DNA of 44,552 bases from an uncultured Acidimicrobiaceae bacterium (GTDB taxonomy: Bacteria > Actinomycetota > Acidimicrobiia > Acidimicrobiales > CAYSAC01): assembly GCA_964428815.1 (NCBI GenBank), contig CAYSAC010000003.1, positions 1 to 44,552 of the forward strand, in the 5' to 3' direction. The position numbers were made by a program, and so were the translations under genes. The number at the start of each line of letters is the position of its first letter. The first letter of the stretch is position 1. This document shows positions 16,352-25,578 of the stretch, in pieces. The notes under the pieces were generated by a model. That model saw nothing but the letters and a program-made list of their open reading frames with translations, searched no databases and was not told where the DNA came from.

Positions 16352-17353
16352 TCAGGACCCCAGCAGCAGACCCAGTCCGCCCACGGTGTACAGCACCATC
16401 ACGCCGAGCAGTGGGTACTGCGAGCGCTCGACGACCCGCCTGTCGTAGGACTCGACGGCGCGGTCGTGGGCGGAGACGACGCCGACGACGTGGCCGAGGA
16501 CGATCGCACCGACCTGCACGTAGGCGATGGTCCGCGTGCTGACCACGCGGTAGTCGACGGTCTCGTCGATCGTGCCGAACAGGTCCCAGCCCCGGCCGAA
16601 CGGGTCTAACGCGAGCGCCAACGCGTTCTGCCCGTCGAACACGAACAACGAGAAGTAGTGCGCGAACGCGTAGGCGAGGACGATCGGCACCAGCGACGCG
16701 ATGAACCGCTCGGCCGTCTGGATCGGGTCCTGGTCCACGATCCTTGCCGTGACCCGCGTCGCCGCCAGGTAGGCGAGGGCCACGACCGCGATCATGAACA
16801 CGAGTCCCACTGTCGACACGACCGTGCGCGACCAGCCGGTGCGGTCGCTCGCGATCTCGTTCCAGATCGTCGACCGCGTGAAGCCGTCGAAGCTCGTGGA
16901 GCCGAGGGCGACGAAGACGAGCGCCAGCGTGCCCGGACGGACCTCGAGCGTGCTCAGGCCGCTGAAGGGCATCCGGATGCGGCGGCGGCCCGACGCCCGG
17001 TCTCGGAAGAACGGAGAGAGCAGGGCGAGCAGGCCGAACAAGGCCGCGAACCCCTCGCCGTGGTGCAGCCACCGGCGACCCCACAGGGCCGCCCCTGCGA
17101 TCGCCAGCACGGAGTAAGCGATGAGCCAGGTGGCAAGGCTGCGAGGGTCGCCGCAGCCGAGGTGGTACGCCAGCTCGAGCCAGACGAAGGAACCCAGCAT
17201 GAGCGCCGCCGTCCACTGGCCAGGGTCGCGGCGGCTGGTCTCCTCTGGCAGCCGCAGCAGCCGAGCGATCGTGTCGAAGGGGTCGAGCGCCGACCACAGG
17301 TCGCCCAGCACCGCGACCATCGTCGGCACGCCGACCCAGAACACGATGCACAC
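16352..17353 (-). CDS. Integral membrane protein of unknown function
   Basis: Multiple hydrophobic helices along the whole length, with GC3-rich codon usage. GTG at 17353 is the first start after an in-frame TGA. I recognise no diagnostic motif. Confidence 0.6.
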   Translation of the reverse strand: MCIVFWVGVPTMVAVLGDLWSALDPFDTIARLLRLPEETSRRDPGQWTAALMLGSFVWLELAYHLGCGDPRSLATWLIAYSVLAIAGAALWGRRWLHHGEGFAALFGLLALLSPFFRDRASGRRRIRMPFSGLSTLEVRPGTLALVFVALGSTSFDGFTRSTIWNEIASDRTGWSRTVVSTVGLVFMIAVVALAYLAATRVTARIVDQDPIQTAERFIASLVPIVLAYAFAHYFSLFVFDGQNALALALDPFGRGWDLFGTIDETVDYRVVSTRTIAYVQVGAIVLGHVVGVVSAHDRAVESYDRRVVERSQYPLLGVMVLYTVGGLGLLLGS

Positions 17354-17425
17354 CGCGTACGGCGCGACGTTGGAGACGCCGGACGGCGGCGGAGCGGGTC
17401 AAGAGGTGATGCACAGGCGCTGAGG

Positions 17426-18202
17426 CTACGGGCGCCGGAGGAGCGCGAGCACCTCGTCGTGGAGCACGCCGTTGCTCGCGACGCCGCTGCCGCCGTCGAT
17501 GACGTCCTGGCCGGCGGCATCGGTGAACCGGCCGCCAGCCTCCCCGATGATGACCGGCATCGGCGCGAGGTCCCACACCGCGGCAAGCGGGTCGACCATG
17601 ACCTCCACCCGCCCGGTCGCGACGAGCGCGTAGCCGTAGCCGTCACCCCACGTGCGCATGAACACCCCAGAGGCATGGACGGCCAGCAGATCTGCTTGCT
17701 CCCAGTAGCTGAACCCGCTCGTCGTGAGGTACGACCCCGGCAGGCGGTCACGCGCGCTGACGCGCGCGGGCGCGCCGTCGCACCAGCAGCCCAACCCGCG
17801 GCCGGCGTAAACCGTCTCGCCGAGCGCGGGCATGTTGATCACGCCGATGGCGGGACCGTGCTCGTCGTGCACGGCGAGCAGGTTCGTGTACAGCGGCACG
17901 CCGTGGGTGAACGCCTTGGTGCCGTCGATCGGGTCGATCGTCCAGCGCCGCCCGCTCGTGCCCGGCCGGTCGGCTTCCTCCTCGCCGACGACCTCATCGT
18001 CGGGGTAGCGCGCGGTGATCTCGTCGCGCAGGAAGCGCTCCGCGGCGCGATCCGCGGCGGTCACGGGCGTGCCATCGCCCTTGCGCTCGACCTCCAGGTT
18101 GCTGCTGCGGAACCATTGCAGGGTCAGCTCGCCAGCCCGTCGCAGCAGCTCGACGGTCTCGTCGAGGAGCGCGCGATCCGCGGGTGGTGCCACGAGTCGC
18201 AT
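17426..18202 (-). CDS. Inositol monophosphatase family protein (possibly a HisN-type histidinol-phosphatase)
   Basis: ATG at 18202 (MRLVAPP...). IMPase motifs VVGEEE, WTIDPIDGTKAF and WDLAP. The upstream part of the 657-aa track ORF is antisense to the YibE/F gene. Confidence 0.85.
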   Translation of the reverse strand: MRLVAPPADRALLDETVELLRRAGELTLQWFRSSNLEVERKGDGTPVTAADRAAERFLRDEITARYPDDEVVGEEEADRPGTSGRRWTIDPIDGTKAFTHGVPLYTNLLAVHDEHGPAIGVINMPALGETVYAGRGLGCWCDGAPARVSARDRLPGSYLTTSGFSYWEQADLLAVHASGVFMRTWGDGYGYALVATGRVEVMVDPLAAVWDLAPMPVIIGEAGGRFTDAAGQDVIDGGSGVASNGVLHDEVLALLRRP

Positions 18203-18226
18203 CCTTGCAGCCGTCAGACTGCGGTG

Positions 18227-19492
18227 ATGGGGCATTCGCACTCCCACGCACTCGATGACGGCGAACCGGTCACGACCCCGAAGGTGCAGCGCATCCTCAC
18301 CGCGACGGTCGTGGCGCTCGCGGTGCTTGCCCTCGTTGGCATCGTCGTGCTCCGGCCGCGCGGTGACGCGCCGCCGATCGGACCGGAGCTCGGCTTCGCC
18401 GTGGACCGGGTCGACGCCGACGTGACCGAGATCGACGTCGACCCGTGCCAGGGCACGACGCCAGACGACGGCATCCTCTGCCAACGGATCAGCTTCGACG
18501 TGACCAGCGGCACGACGAAGGGGGAAGCGAGCTACTTCGAGCTGCCGATCTCGTCGAACGGACCCGACATCGACGCCGGCGAAGGGCTGGTGCTGGGCTA
18601 CGAGCCCACCGCCGCCACCGGGCTGCAGTACTTCTTCCTCGACGTCCAGCGCAAGACTCCGATGATGCTGCTCGCGGCGATGTTCGTCGTCGCCGTCATC
18701 GCGCTCGGCCGGTTCCAGGGCATCCGCGCGCTGGCCGCGCTGGCGCTGACCGGCGTCGTCGTGATCGCGTTCCTGCTGCCCGCGCTGCTCGAAGGCCGCA
18801 GCCCGCTCGGGGTCGCGCTGGTCGCCGCCGCAGTGATCGCGCTTGCGGCCCTCTACCTCAGCCACGGCGTGAATGAGCGCACGACCGTTGCGCTTCTCGG
18901 CACGTTCGCCAGCCTCGCGGTGACGGGAATGCTGGCCGCGTTCTTCGTCGGCGCAACCCGCTTGTCGGGGCTCGCCAGCGAGGACGCGCTGCTGCTGCAG
19001 GTGGCCGGTGGTGGCATCGACCTGCGCGGGCTCGTCCTCGCCGGCATCGTCATCGGCTCCCTCGGCGTGCTCGACGACGTCACCGTGACCCAGGTGTCGG
19101 CGGTCTGGGAGCTGCACCAGGCCAACCCGGACTACGGCGTGCGCTCGCTCTACGCAGCCGCAACGCGCATCGGGCGCGATCACATCGCGTCGACGGTGAA
19201 CACGCTCGTGCTCGCTTACGCCGGCGCGTCGCTGCCGCTGCTCCTCATCTACACCCAGGCCGGGTTGCCGTTGAGCGCGGCGGTGACCGGTGAGGTGCTC
19301 GCGGTCGAGGTTGTGCGCACCTTGGTCGGCAGCATCGGGCTCGTGGCGTCGGTGCCGATCACGACCGCGCTCGCGTCGGTCGTCGTCACCCAGAGCCACG
19401 AGCGCATCGCGGGCCGCGCCCGACCTGCTGTCGAAGACGTCGCGCCGGAGCCGCTGGCTGCGTCGTGGGACGACTTCGCGCCGGGCGAGTGA
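18227..19492 (+). CDS. YibE/F family membrane protein with a His-rich N-terminus
   Basis: ATG at 18227 (MGHSHSHALDDGE). One TM helix, an extracytoplasmic domain, then a polytopic C-terminal half containing LGVLDDVTVTQVS and RDHIASTVNTLVLAYAGASLP, as in YibE/F proteins. Confidence 0.7.
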   Translation: MGHSHSHALDDGEPVTTPKVQRILTATVVALAVLALVGIVVLRPRGDAPPIGPELGFAVDRVDADVTEIDVDPCQGTTPDDGILCQRISFDVTSGTTKGEASYFELPISSNGPDIDAGEGLVLGYEPTAATGLQYFFLDVQRKTPMMLLAAMFVVAVIALGRFQGIRALAALALTGVVVIAFLLPALLEGRSPLGVALVAAAVIALAALYLSHGVNERTTVALLGTFASLAVTGMLAAFFVGATRLSGLASEDALLLQVAGGGIDLRGLVLAGIVIGSLGVLDDVTVTQVSAVWELHQANPDYGVRSLYAAATRIGRDHIASTVNTLVLAYAGASLPLLLIYTQAGLPLSAAVTGEVLAVEVVRTLVGSIGLVASVPITTALASVVVTQSHERIAGRARPAVEDVAPEPLAASWDDFAPGE

Positions 19493-19499
19493 CCGGGCG

Positions 19500-20927
19500 T
19501 CACCAGTCGGTGGCGATGTACTTGGTCTCGGTGTAGTCGAGCATTCCCTCGTGGCCGCCCTCGCGGCCGAGGCCGCTCTGCTTCACGCCGCCGAAGGGTG
19601 CCGCCGGATCGGAGACGATGCCCTTGTTGAGGCCGACCATCCCGGACTCCAGCGCCTCGGCCACGCGCAGGCCGCGCGCCAGATCGCCCGTGAAGACGTA
19701 GGAGACGAGCCCGAACGGCGTGTCGTTGGCCATCCGGATCGCGTCTCGCTCCTCGGTGAACGTGACGATCGGTGCCACCGGCCCGAAGATCTCCTCCTGC
19801 AGGATCGGGCTGCCGGGCCCGACCCGGTCGAGCACGGTGGGCGGGTAGTAGTAGCCGGTGCTCGCCGGCCTGGCGCCACCCGTGCGCACCCGTGCGCCGC
19901 CCGCGACCGCGGCGTCGACGAGTCCGCTCACCTTGTCCAGCGTGGCCTGGTCGACGAGGGGGCCGACGCGCACGCCGTCCCCGGTGCCAGGCCCGACGGG
20001 GAGCGCTCCCATAGCCGCCGCGAGCCGTGCGGTGAACGCCTCGGCGATCGCTTCTTCGACGTAGAACCGGTTGGCGGCGGTGCATGTCTCACCGTTGTGG
20101 CGCATCTTCGCGATCATCGCCCCGTCGATCGCCGCGTCGAGGTCGGCGTCGGCGAACACGATGAAGGGTGCGTTGCCGCCGAGCTCCATGGACACGTTGA
20201 CGACGCGTTCCGATGCCTTGGCGATCAGCCCGCGGCCGACCTCGGTCGAGCCGGTGAAGGACAGCTTGCGCACGCGGTCGTCGGCGAGCACCGCGTCGAC
20301 GACGTCGCCAGTGCGCCGGGTCGGCACGACGTTCACGAGTCCCGGCGGCACGCCGGCACCGTCGAGGATCGCGGCGATCGCGAGCGCGGTGAGCGGCGTG
20401 AGGGACGCGGGCTTGAGCACGCATCCGCACCCAGCGGCGAGCGCTGGAGCGATCTTGCGCGTCGCCATCGCGGCCGGGAAGTTCCACGGCGTGATCATCA
20501 GCGCGACGCCGATGGGCTGGTGCAGCACGACGATCTTGTTGGCGCCCGCGGGAGCCGTCGTGACCTCGCCGCGCAGGCGCACGGCCTCCTCGGAGAACCA
20601 GCGGAAGAACTCGGCCGCGTAGGTGACCTCGCCCCGCGACTCCACGAGGGGCTTGCCGTTCTCCGCGGTGATCAGCGCCGCGAGCTCCTCCGTCGCCGCG
20701 GTGAGGCGCACCCACGCCTCGCGGAGCACCTCGGCCCGCTCGCGCGGAGCGACGGCGGCCCACTCCCGCTGCGCTTCCGCCGCCGCGGCTACGGCGTCGA
20801 GCGCGTCCTCCACGGTCGCGTCGGCGACGGACGCGATCGCCTGCTCGGTCGCGGGGTCGATCACGTCGAAGCGGCTGCCGTCCTTTGCCTCACGCCAGTC
20901 GCCGTCGATCCAGAGGTCGGTGTGCAC
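19500..20927 (-). CDS. gabD: NAD(P)-dependent succinate-semialdehyde dehydrogenase-like aldehyde dehydrogenase
   Basis: GTG at 20927, preceded by AGGAGA. ALDH motifs: ITPWNFP, FTGST, VSMELGGNAPFIVF (catalytic Glu), GETCTAANRFYV (catalytic Cys) and EEIFGPV. The MELGGNAPFIVF block resembles GabD. Confidence 0.85.
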   Translation of the reverse strand: MHTDLWIDGDWREAKDGSRFDVIDPATEQAIASVADATVEDALDAVAAAAEAQREWAAVAPRERAEVLREAWVRLTAATEELAALITAENGKPLVESRGEVTYAAEFFRWFSEEAVRLRGEVTTAPAGANKIVVLHQPIGVALMITPWNFPAAMATRKIAPALAAGCGCVLKPASLTPLTALAIAAILDGAGVPPGLVNVVPTRRTGDVVDAVLADDRVRKLSFTGSTEVGRGLIAKASERVVNVSMELGGNAPFIVFADADLDAAIDGAMIAKMRHNGETCTAANRFYVEEAIAEAFTARLAAAMGALPVGPGTGDGVRVGPLVDQATLDKVSGLVDAAVAGGARVRTGGARPASTGYYYPPTVLDRVGPGSPILQEEIFGPVAPIVTFTEERDAIRMANDTPFGLVSYVFTGDLARGLRVAEALESGMVGLNKGIVSDPAAPFGGVKQSGLGREGGHEGMLDYTETKYIATDW

Positions 20928-20937
20928 TGGACGTCTC

Positions 20938-21372
20938 CTATCCGCAACGGGTGCAGGTGCCGACGAGATCGAGTCGGTGCTGCTCGACCTGGAAGCCGGT
21001 GCGCGATGCGACCGTCGAGAGCGCGCGGTCGAGCTCGCGCTCGACGTCGGGAGGGACGGTGAAGTCGGCGACATCACCGCAGCTCGAGCAGATGAGGTGG
21101 TGGTGGTGCTCGGTGAGGTCCTCGGCCAGCTCGTAGCGAGCGAACTCGTCCGACGACGCGATGCGGTGGACCACGCCTGCCCGCTCGAGCACGGCCAGGT
21201 TCCGGTAGGCGGAGGACTGCGCCAGGTCGCGCCGCCGCTGCAGGAGCTGGGGGATCGTGAGCGGCTGGTCGGCGTCGGCCAGCACGTCCACCAGCGCACG
21301 CCGGCGGGATGTATAGCGCTGGTCGTCGCGCTGCAGCCGTTCCGCGGTCGTCGCGTGCAGGTCCCCGCTCAC
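20938..21372 (-). CDS. zur: Fur-family metalloregulator, probably Zur
   Basis: wHTH N-terminus, then HHHHLICSSCG and a C-terminal CTRCG (Fur-family metal sites). The GTG start overlaps the znuB stop (GTGA). It sits inside a metal ABC importer operon. Confidence 0.8.
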   Translation of the reverse strand: MSGDLHATTAERLQRDDQRYTSRRRALVDVLADADQPLTIPQLLQRRRDLAQSSAYRNLAVLERAGVVHRIASSDEFARYELAEDLTEHHHHLICSSCGDVADFTVPPDVERELDRALSTVASRTGFQVEQHRLDLVGTCTRCG

Positions 21373-22208
21373 CCGGCGGACCCTACTGGCGAGGGGGCGC
21401 GGGCGAACAGGCCGGCGAGGGCGAACGCGGCTGCCGCGACGAGGACGATCGTGCCGCCGGGGGCGAGCCCCCAGACCCGGGCGGCGGCGAGCCCGAGCAC
21501 CGCCGCGCTAGCGCCGATGGCCGATGCAAACAGCAGGGTGGCGCGGAACGAGCGGGCGACGCGCTGGGCCGTGCCCACCGGCAGCACCATCAGCGCGGCG
21601 ACGAGTAGGACGCCGACGACCCGCATGGCGGCGACGACGGTCACCGCGGCCAGCGCCGCGAGCAGGAGGTTGAGGGCGTCGACGGGAAGGCCCGCGACCC
21701 GGGCCGACTCCTCGTCGAGCACGACCGAGAACAGCGCCCGCCACGTTCTGGCCACGATTGCGATCGTGACGAGACCGAGCACGACGATCGTCGCCGCGTC
21801 ACCCGCGCTGACCGTGAGGATCGAGCCGAAGAGGTAGGTCAGCACGCTGCCGTCGAGGTCGCCGGCCAAGCCGGTGAGCACCACGCCCCCGGCGATGCCC
21901 GAGTAGAAGAACAGCGCCAGCGCCAGATCACCTGACGCACGGCCGCGCGAGCGCAGCCACTCGATAGCGACCGCGCCGCCGACCGCGGCGATCAGTGCCG
22001 TCCAGATCGGCCACACGTCGAGCAGCAGCCCGGCGGCGACACCGGCGAACGCGACGTGCCCGATGCCGTCACCCATGAGCGACAGCCGCTTCTGCACGAG
22101 GAACGTGCCGATGAGTGGCGCGCACCCGCCGACCACCACACCGGCCAGCAGCGCGAGCTGCATGTACTCGCGGTCGAAGGGCCACGGCAGCGGGATCGCT
22201 CCGATCAC
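21369..22208 (-). CDS. znuB: Metal (zinc/manganese) ABC transporter permease, ABC-3 family
   Basis: Polytopic protein with typical ABC-3 features (LMGDGIGHVAFAGVA). GTG at 22208 overlaps the znuC TGA (GTGA). The track start at 22226 is an alternative. Confidence 0.85.
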   Translation of the reverse strand: MIGAIPLPWPFDREYMQLALLAGVVVGGCAPLIGTFLVQKRLSLMGDGIGHVAFAGVAAGLLLDVWPIWTALIAAVGGAVAIEWLRSRGRASGDLALALFFYSGIAGGVVLTGLAGDLDGSVLTYLFGSILTVSAGDAATIVVLGLVTIAIVARTWRALFSVVLDEESARVAGLPVDALNLLLAALAAVTVVAAMRVVGVLLVAALMVLPVGTAQRVARSFRATLLFASAIGASAAVLGLAAARVWGLAPGGTIVLVAAAAFALAGLFARAPSPVGSAG

Positions 22209-22957
22209 GAGAGCCCCTCCAGCCACAGCGGCAGGTCGTCGTGGTGCACACCCAGGCTGACCCCCGTTGCAGTCAGCTCGCTGGGTGGGCCGTCGAAGCT
22301 GATGCGGCCGCGTTGCAGCAGCAGCACGCGGTCGAGGTCGTCGGCCACCGCGCCCAGCTCGTGCGACACCAGCAGCACCGCCGACGCGTGCTCGTCCACC
22401 AGGTGGACCAGCGCATCGCGGAACCGGCGCTGCGACTCGGCATCGACTCCGGCGACGGGCTCGTCGAGCACGAGCAGCTCGGGCTGGGACACGAGTGCCT
22501 TGGCGATGAGGACGCGCTGCTGCTGGCCCCCGGAGAGCAGCCGCACCGGATGTGCCCGCCGCTCGACCAGCGCGACGGACTCGAGCGCGTGCGCGACGTC
22601 GGCCCAGTCGCTCGCGCGCAGCGAGCGCCGCCAGCCCAGTCGCGCGAGGCAGCCGGCGGCGACGACCTCTTCAACGGTGGCCGGCAGGTCGTCCGCGATG
22701 ACGGCGCGCTGCGGGACGTACCCGAGCCGCCAGCGGTCATCGAGCGCGCTCGGTCGACCGCCGAACAGCTCGACCTCGCCTTCCGCCGGCTCGGTGAGCC
22801 CCAGGAGCAGCCGCAGCAACGTGGACTTGCCCGACCCGTTGGGGCCGACGAGGGCGACGAACTCGCCGGGCGCGACCGCAAGGTCGACGCCGTTGAGCAC
22901 GACGTCCTGCCCGTAGGCGAAGCGGAGGCCAGCGGCCCGCAGCACCGCCGCGCTCAT
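22205..22957 (-). CDS. znuC: Metal ABC transporter ATP-binding protein
   Basis: Walker A GPNGSGKST, signature LSGGQQQRV and Walker B LLVLDEP. ATG at 22957 overlaps the znuA TGA (ATGA). Confidence 0.9.
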   Translation of the reverse strand: MSAAVLRAAGLRFAYGQDVVLNGVDLAVAPGEFVALVGPNGSGKSTLLRLLLGLTEPAEGEVELFGGRPSALDDRWRLGYVPQRAVIADDLPATVEEVVAAGCLARLGWRRSLRASDWADVAHALESVALVERRAHPVRLLSGGQQQRVLIAKALVSQPELLVLDEPVAGVDAESQRRFRDALVHLVDEHASAVLLVSHELGAVADDLDRVLLLQRGRISFDGPPSELTATGVSLGVHHDDLPLWLEGLS

Positions 22958-23817
22958 CGGCACCCCAGCGCGGCTCGCAGCGCCGCGAGGTTGTCCCGCA
23001 TCAGCGTCACGTAGGTGGCGCCGGCCTCGGTCTGTTCCTCGGTGAGGCCTTCGATCGGGTTCAGCACCGCGACGTCCACGCGCGCCTCTCGCGCCAGCGT
23101 CTCGGCGATGTCCGGTGCGACCAGGGTCTCGTAGAAGATCGTCGTGGTGCCGTCGGCGCGCACCTCGTCGGCCAGCGCCGCGACGCGCGCCGGGTCCGGT
23201 TCCGCCGCGGGGGACAGGCCCGCGATCGCCCGCACGATGAGCCCGTAGCGCTCACCGAGGAAGCCGAAGGCGTCGTGCGCGGTGACGATCACGCGCCGGT
23301 CGCAGGCGTCGAGCCCGGCGCGCATGTCCTCGTCGAGCTGTCGGAGCTCGGCCGCGTACGCGTCCGCGTTGCGGTGGTACTGCGCCTCACCGGCCGGGTC
23401 GGCCTGGGACAACGCGTCGCGCACCTCCTCGACGATCGCGACCATCCGGCTCGGGTCGAGCCAGATGTGCGGGTCGCCGCCGGCCTCGCCCGTGACCGCA
23501 GCGAGCACGTCGACGACCTCGCCGTCAGCGCGCACGGCTGCCGCCGCAATGGCGGGTTGGAACGCGGCGCCGAGGTGGAGCACGACCGCGGCATCCAGGA
23601 TCTGGTCGACCTCCCGGGTGCTCAGCTCGATGTCGTGCGGCTCAGCGCCGGGCGGGGTCAGGTTGCGCACCGCGACGCGGTCACCGCCGACACGAGCGGA
23701 TGCCTCCTCCAACGGGAAGAACGCGGCGACGACATCGAGCCGTCCGGTCCCGCCGTCAGACCCGCCGGCGCACGACGAGAGCGCGGCGGCGAGCGCCGCG
23801 AGGGCGATCCATCTCAT
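22954..23817 (-). CDS. znuA: Metal ABC transporter substrate-binding lipoprotein (ZnuA/TroA family)
   Basis: ATG at 23817 (MRWIALAALAAALSSCAG, signal peptide with a lipobox Cys). Family motifs AEPHD, DPHIWLDP and VTAHDAFGF. The upstream part of the 393-aa track ORF is Arg/Pro-rich junk. Confidence 0.85.
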   Translation of the reverse strand: MRWIALAALAAALSSCAGGSDGGTGRLDVVAAFFPLEEASARVGGDRVAVRNLTPPGAEPHDIELSTREVDQILDAAVVLHLGAAFQPAIAAAAVRADGEVVDVLAAVTGEAGGDPHIWLDPSRMVAIVEEVRDALSQADPAGEAQYHRNADAYAAELRQLDEDMRAGLDACDRRVIVTAHDAFGFLGERYGLIVRAIAGLSPAAEPDPARVAALADEVRADGTTTIFYETLVAPDIAETLAREARVDVAVLNPIEGLTEEQTEAGATYVTLMRDNLAALRAALGCR

Positions 23818-23819
23818 AA

Positions 23820-23834
23820 TGAGAATGAGTCTTA
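23820..23834. promoter_or_regulatory. Zur-box-like AT-rich palindrome (TGAGAATGAGTCTTA) just upstream of the znuA start
   Basis: This is the only strongly AT-rich patch for kilobases (CATCTCATAATGAGAATGAGTCTTACTATG). It matches the actinobacterial Zur box core TGAAAATGATTTTCA, as I recall it, at 11 of 15 positions. It lies 3-17 nt upstream of the znuA ATG, in an operon that also encodes the Fur-family regulator. Confidence 0.5.
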
Positions 23835-23903
23835 CTATGTCGGAGCCGCTGACGGCAAGGCAGGAACTTGCGTGCGCACTGCAAGGACAGCCACGCTCTC
23901 CCG

Positions 23904-25088
23904 ATGGCTGATCTGCAGGTCGGGGGACTCGTCGAACCGGGCTTCGAGGGCGTGCGCGACGTGTTCGCCGCCAACTTCGAGCGCCACGGTGAGGTCGGCG
24001 CGGCGACGAGCGTCTACGTGCACGGCCGCAAGGTCGTGGACCTGTGGGGCGGCGTGGCCGACGTCGACACCGGCGCGCCCTACGACGCGGACACCCTCCA
24101 GCTCGTGTTCTCGACGACGAAGGGCGCGACGGCACTGTGCGCCAACCTCCTCATCCAGCGCGGCCTCATCGATCCGGACGCGCCCGTCGCCACGTATTGG
24201 CCGGAGTTCGCGCAAGGGGGCAAGCAGGACATCCCGGTGCGCTGGCTGCTCTGCCACAAGGCCGGCCTCATCGACGTCGACAAGCAGCTCAGCCTGGAGG
24301 AGGTCCTCGCGTGGGACCCCGTGATCGCCGCGCTCGAGGTGCAAGAGCCGCAGTGGGAGCCCGGCATCGCCCACGGCTATCACGCCACCACCTACGGGTG
24401 GCTCGTCGGCGAGGTCATCCGCCGCGTGACGGGCAAGAGCGTCGGCACCTTCTTCGACGATGAGGTGGCGCAGCCGCTCGCGCTCGAGTTCTGGATCGGG
24501 CTGCCACAGGAGCAGCAAGCGCGCGTCGCGCCGCTCATCGAGGTCGAGGAGCCGACCGACGTCGATCCCGCGATGAAGGAGCTGATCGAGCAGTTCATCG
24601 GCCCAGGGACGATGCTGTACCGCGCGCTGCACGCGCCGGGCGGCGCGATGGCCCAGGGCATCTGGAACGATCCGGTGGTGCGGGCCGCGGAGATCCCCGC
24701 AGCCAACGGCGTCACCAACGCGCGGTCGCTCGCGAAGATGTACGCGGCGACGATCGGCGAGGTGGACGGGGCCGGTCCGCTCCTCACGCCAGAGCAGCTC
24801 GATGCCGCGACCACCTGCCAGACGAGCGGCAACGACAAGTGCATCTACGTCGAGACGACGTTCGGCCTCGGCTTCTGGACGGCGTCGAGCTTCGCCCCCT
24901 ACGGCGGCCCCAAGGGCTTCGGCCACTCCGGGATCGGCGGTTCGGTCGGCTTCGGCGATCCCGAGAACGGCGTCGGCTTCGGCTACGTGATGAACCAGAT
25001 GCTCGCCAACTTCACCGGTGATCCCCGCAGCCGTGGCCTCATCCGCGCCGTCTACGACGCGATCGGCGTGACACCCGCCTTTGTCTGA
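23904..25088 (+). CDS. Serine hydrolase, class C beta-lactamase/esterase (EstB-like) family
   Basis: ATG at 23904 (MADLQVGGLVEPGFEGVRDVF). SxxK motif FSTTKG. Typical length and C-terminal GHSGIGGS motif. Confidence 0.85.
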   Translation: MADLQVGGLVEPGFEGVRDVFAANFERHGEVGAATSVYVHGRKVVDLWGGVADVDTGAPYDADTLQLVFSTTKGATALCANLLIQRGLIDPDAPVATYWPEFAQGGKQDIPVRWLLCHKAGLIDVDKQLSLEEVLAWDPVIAALEVQEPQWEPGIAHGYHATTYGWLVGEVIRRVTGKSVGTFFDDEVAQPLALEFWIGLPQEQQARVAPLIEVEEPTDVDPAMKELIEQFIGPGTMLYRALHAPGGAMAQGIWNDPVVRAAEIPAANGVTNARSLAKMYAATIGEVDGAGPLLTPEQLDAATTCQTSGNDKCIYVETTFGLGFWTASSFAPYGGPKGFGHSGIGGSVGFGDPENGVGFGYVMNQMLANFTGDPRSRGLIRAVYDAIGVTPAFV

Positions 25089-25569
25089 CGACCTCGTTGA
25101 GGTGGTCGACGAGCAGGGCGAGGTCATCGACGTCGTCCCCCGCCGCGTCATGCGGGCGCGGAACCTGCGCCACCGCGCCGTTGGCGTCCTCGTCCGCACC
25201 AGCGACGGCGACGTCGTGGCCCACTGCCGCGCGGGGTGGAAGGACGTGTGGCCGGCCTACTGGGACGTGGCGTTCGGTGGCGTCGTCGACCCCGGCGAGG
25301 GCTGGGAGGATGCAGCGCGACGCGAGCTGCGCGAGGAGGCGGGCATCGAGGTCGACGAGCTGGTCGAGCTGGGTGCCGGGACCTACGAGGACGACGCCGT
25401 GCGCGCCGTCGCGCGGATCTTCGTCGCCACCTCCGATGGTCCGTTCACCTTCGCTGACGGCGAGGTCGACGAGGTCGTCCGCGTGCCGTGGGATGAGCTG
25501 CGCGCCTGGATGGGCGAGCGCACGTGCTGCCCCGACACCGCGGCCATGGTCCTGCCCCTCCTGCCGTAG
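25081..25569 (+). CDS. NUDIX hydrolase
   Basis: Nudix box GGVVDPGEGWEDAARRELREEAGI. TTG at 25081 overlaps the upstream gene end by 8 nt; the start is uncertain. Confidence 0.85.
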   Translation: MSDDLVEVVDEQGEVIDVVPRRVMRARNLRHRAVGVLVRTSDGDVVAHCRAGWKDVWPAYWDVAFGGVVDPGEGWEDAARRELREEAGIEVDELVELGAGTYEDDAVRAVARIFVATSDGPFTFADGEVDEVVRVPWDELRAWMGERTCCPDTAAMVLPLLP

Positions 25570-25578
25570 CGGGCCGAT

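Noticed and set aside
22205-22957. Whether the only ABC ATPase in the window (znuC) could serve the four FtsX permeases.
   Set aside because: It is embedded by 4-nt overlaps in the znuA-C-B-zur operon about 14 kb away and belongs to the metal-importer type. There is no reason to link it to MacB-type permeases.
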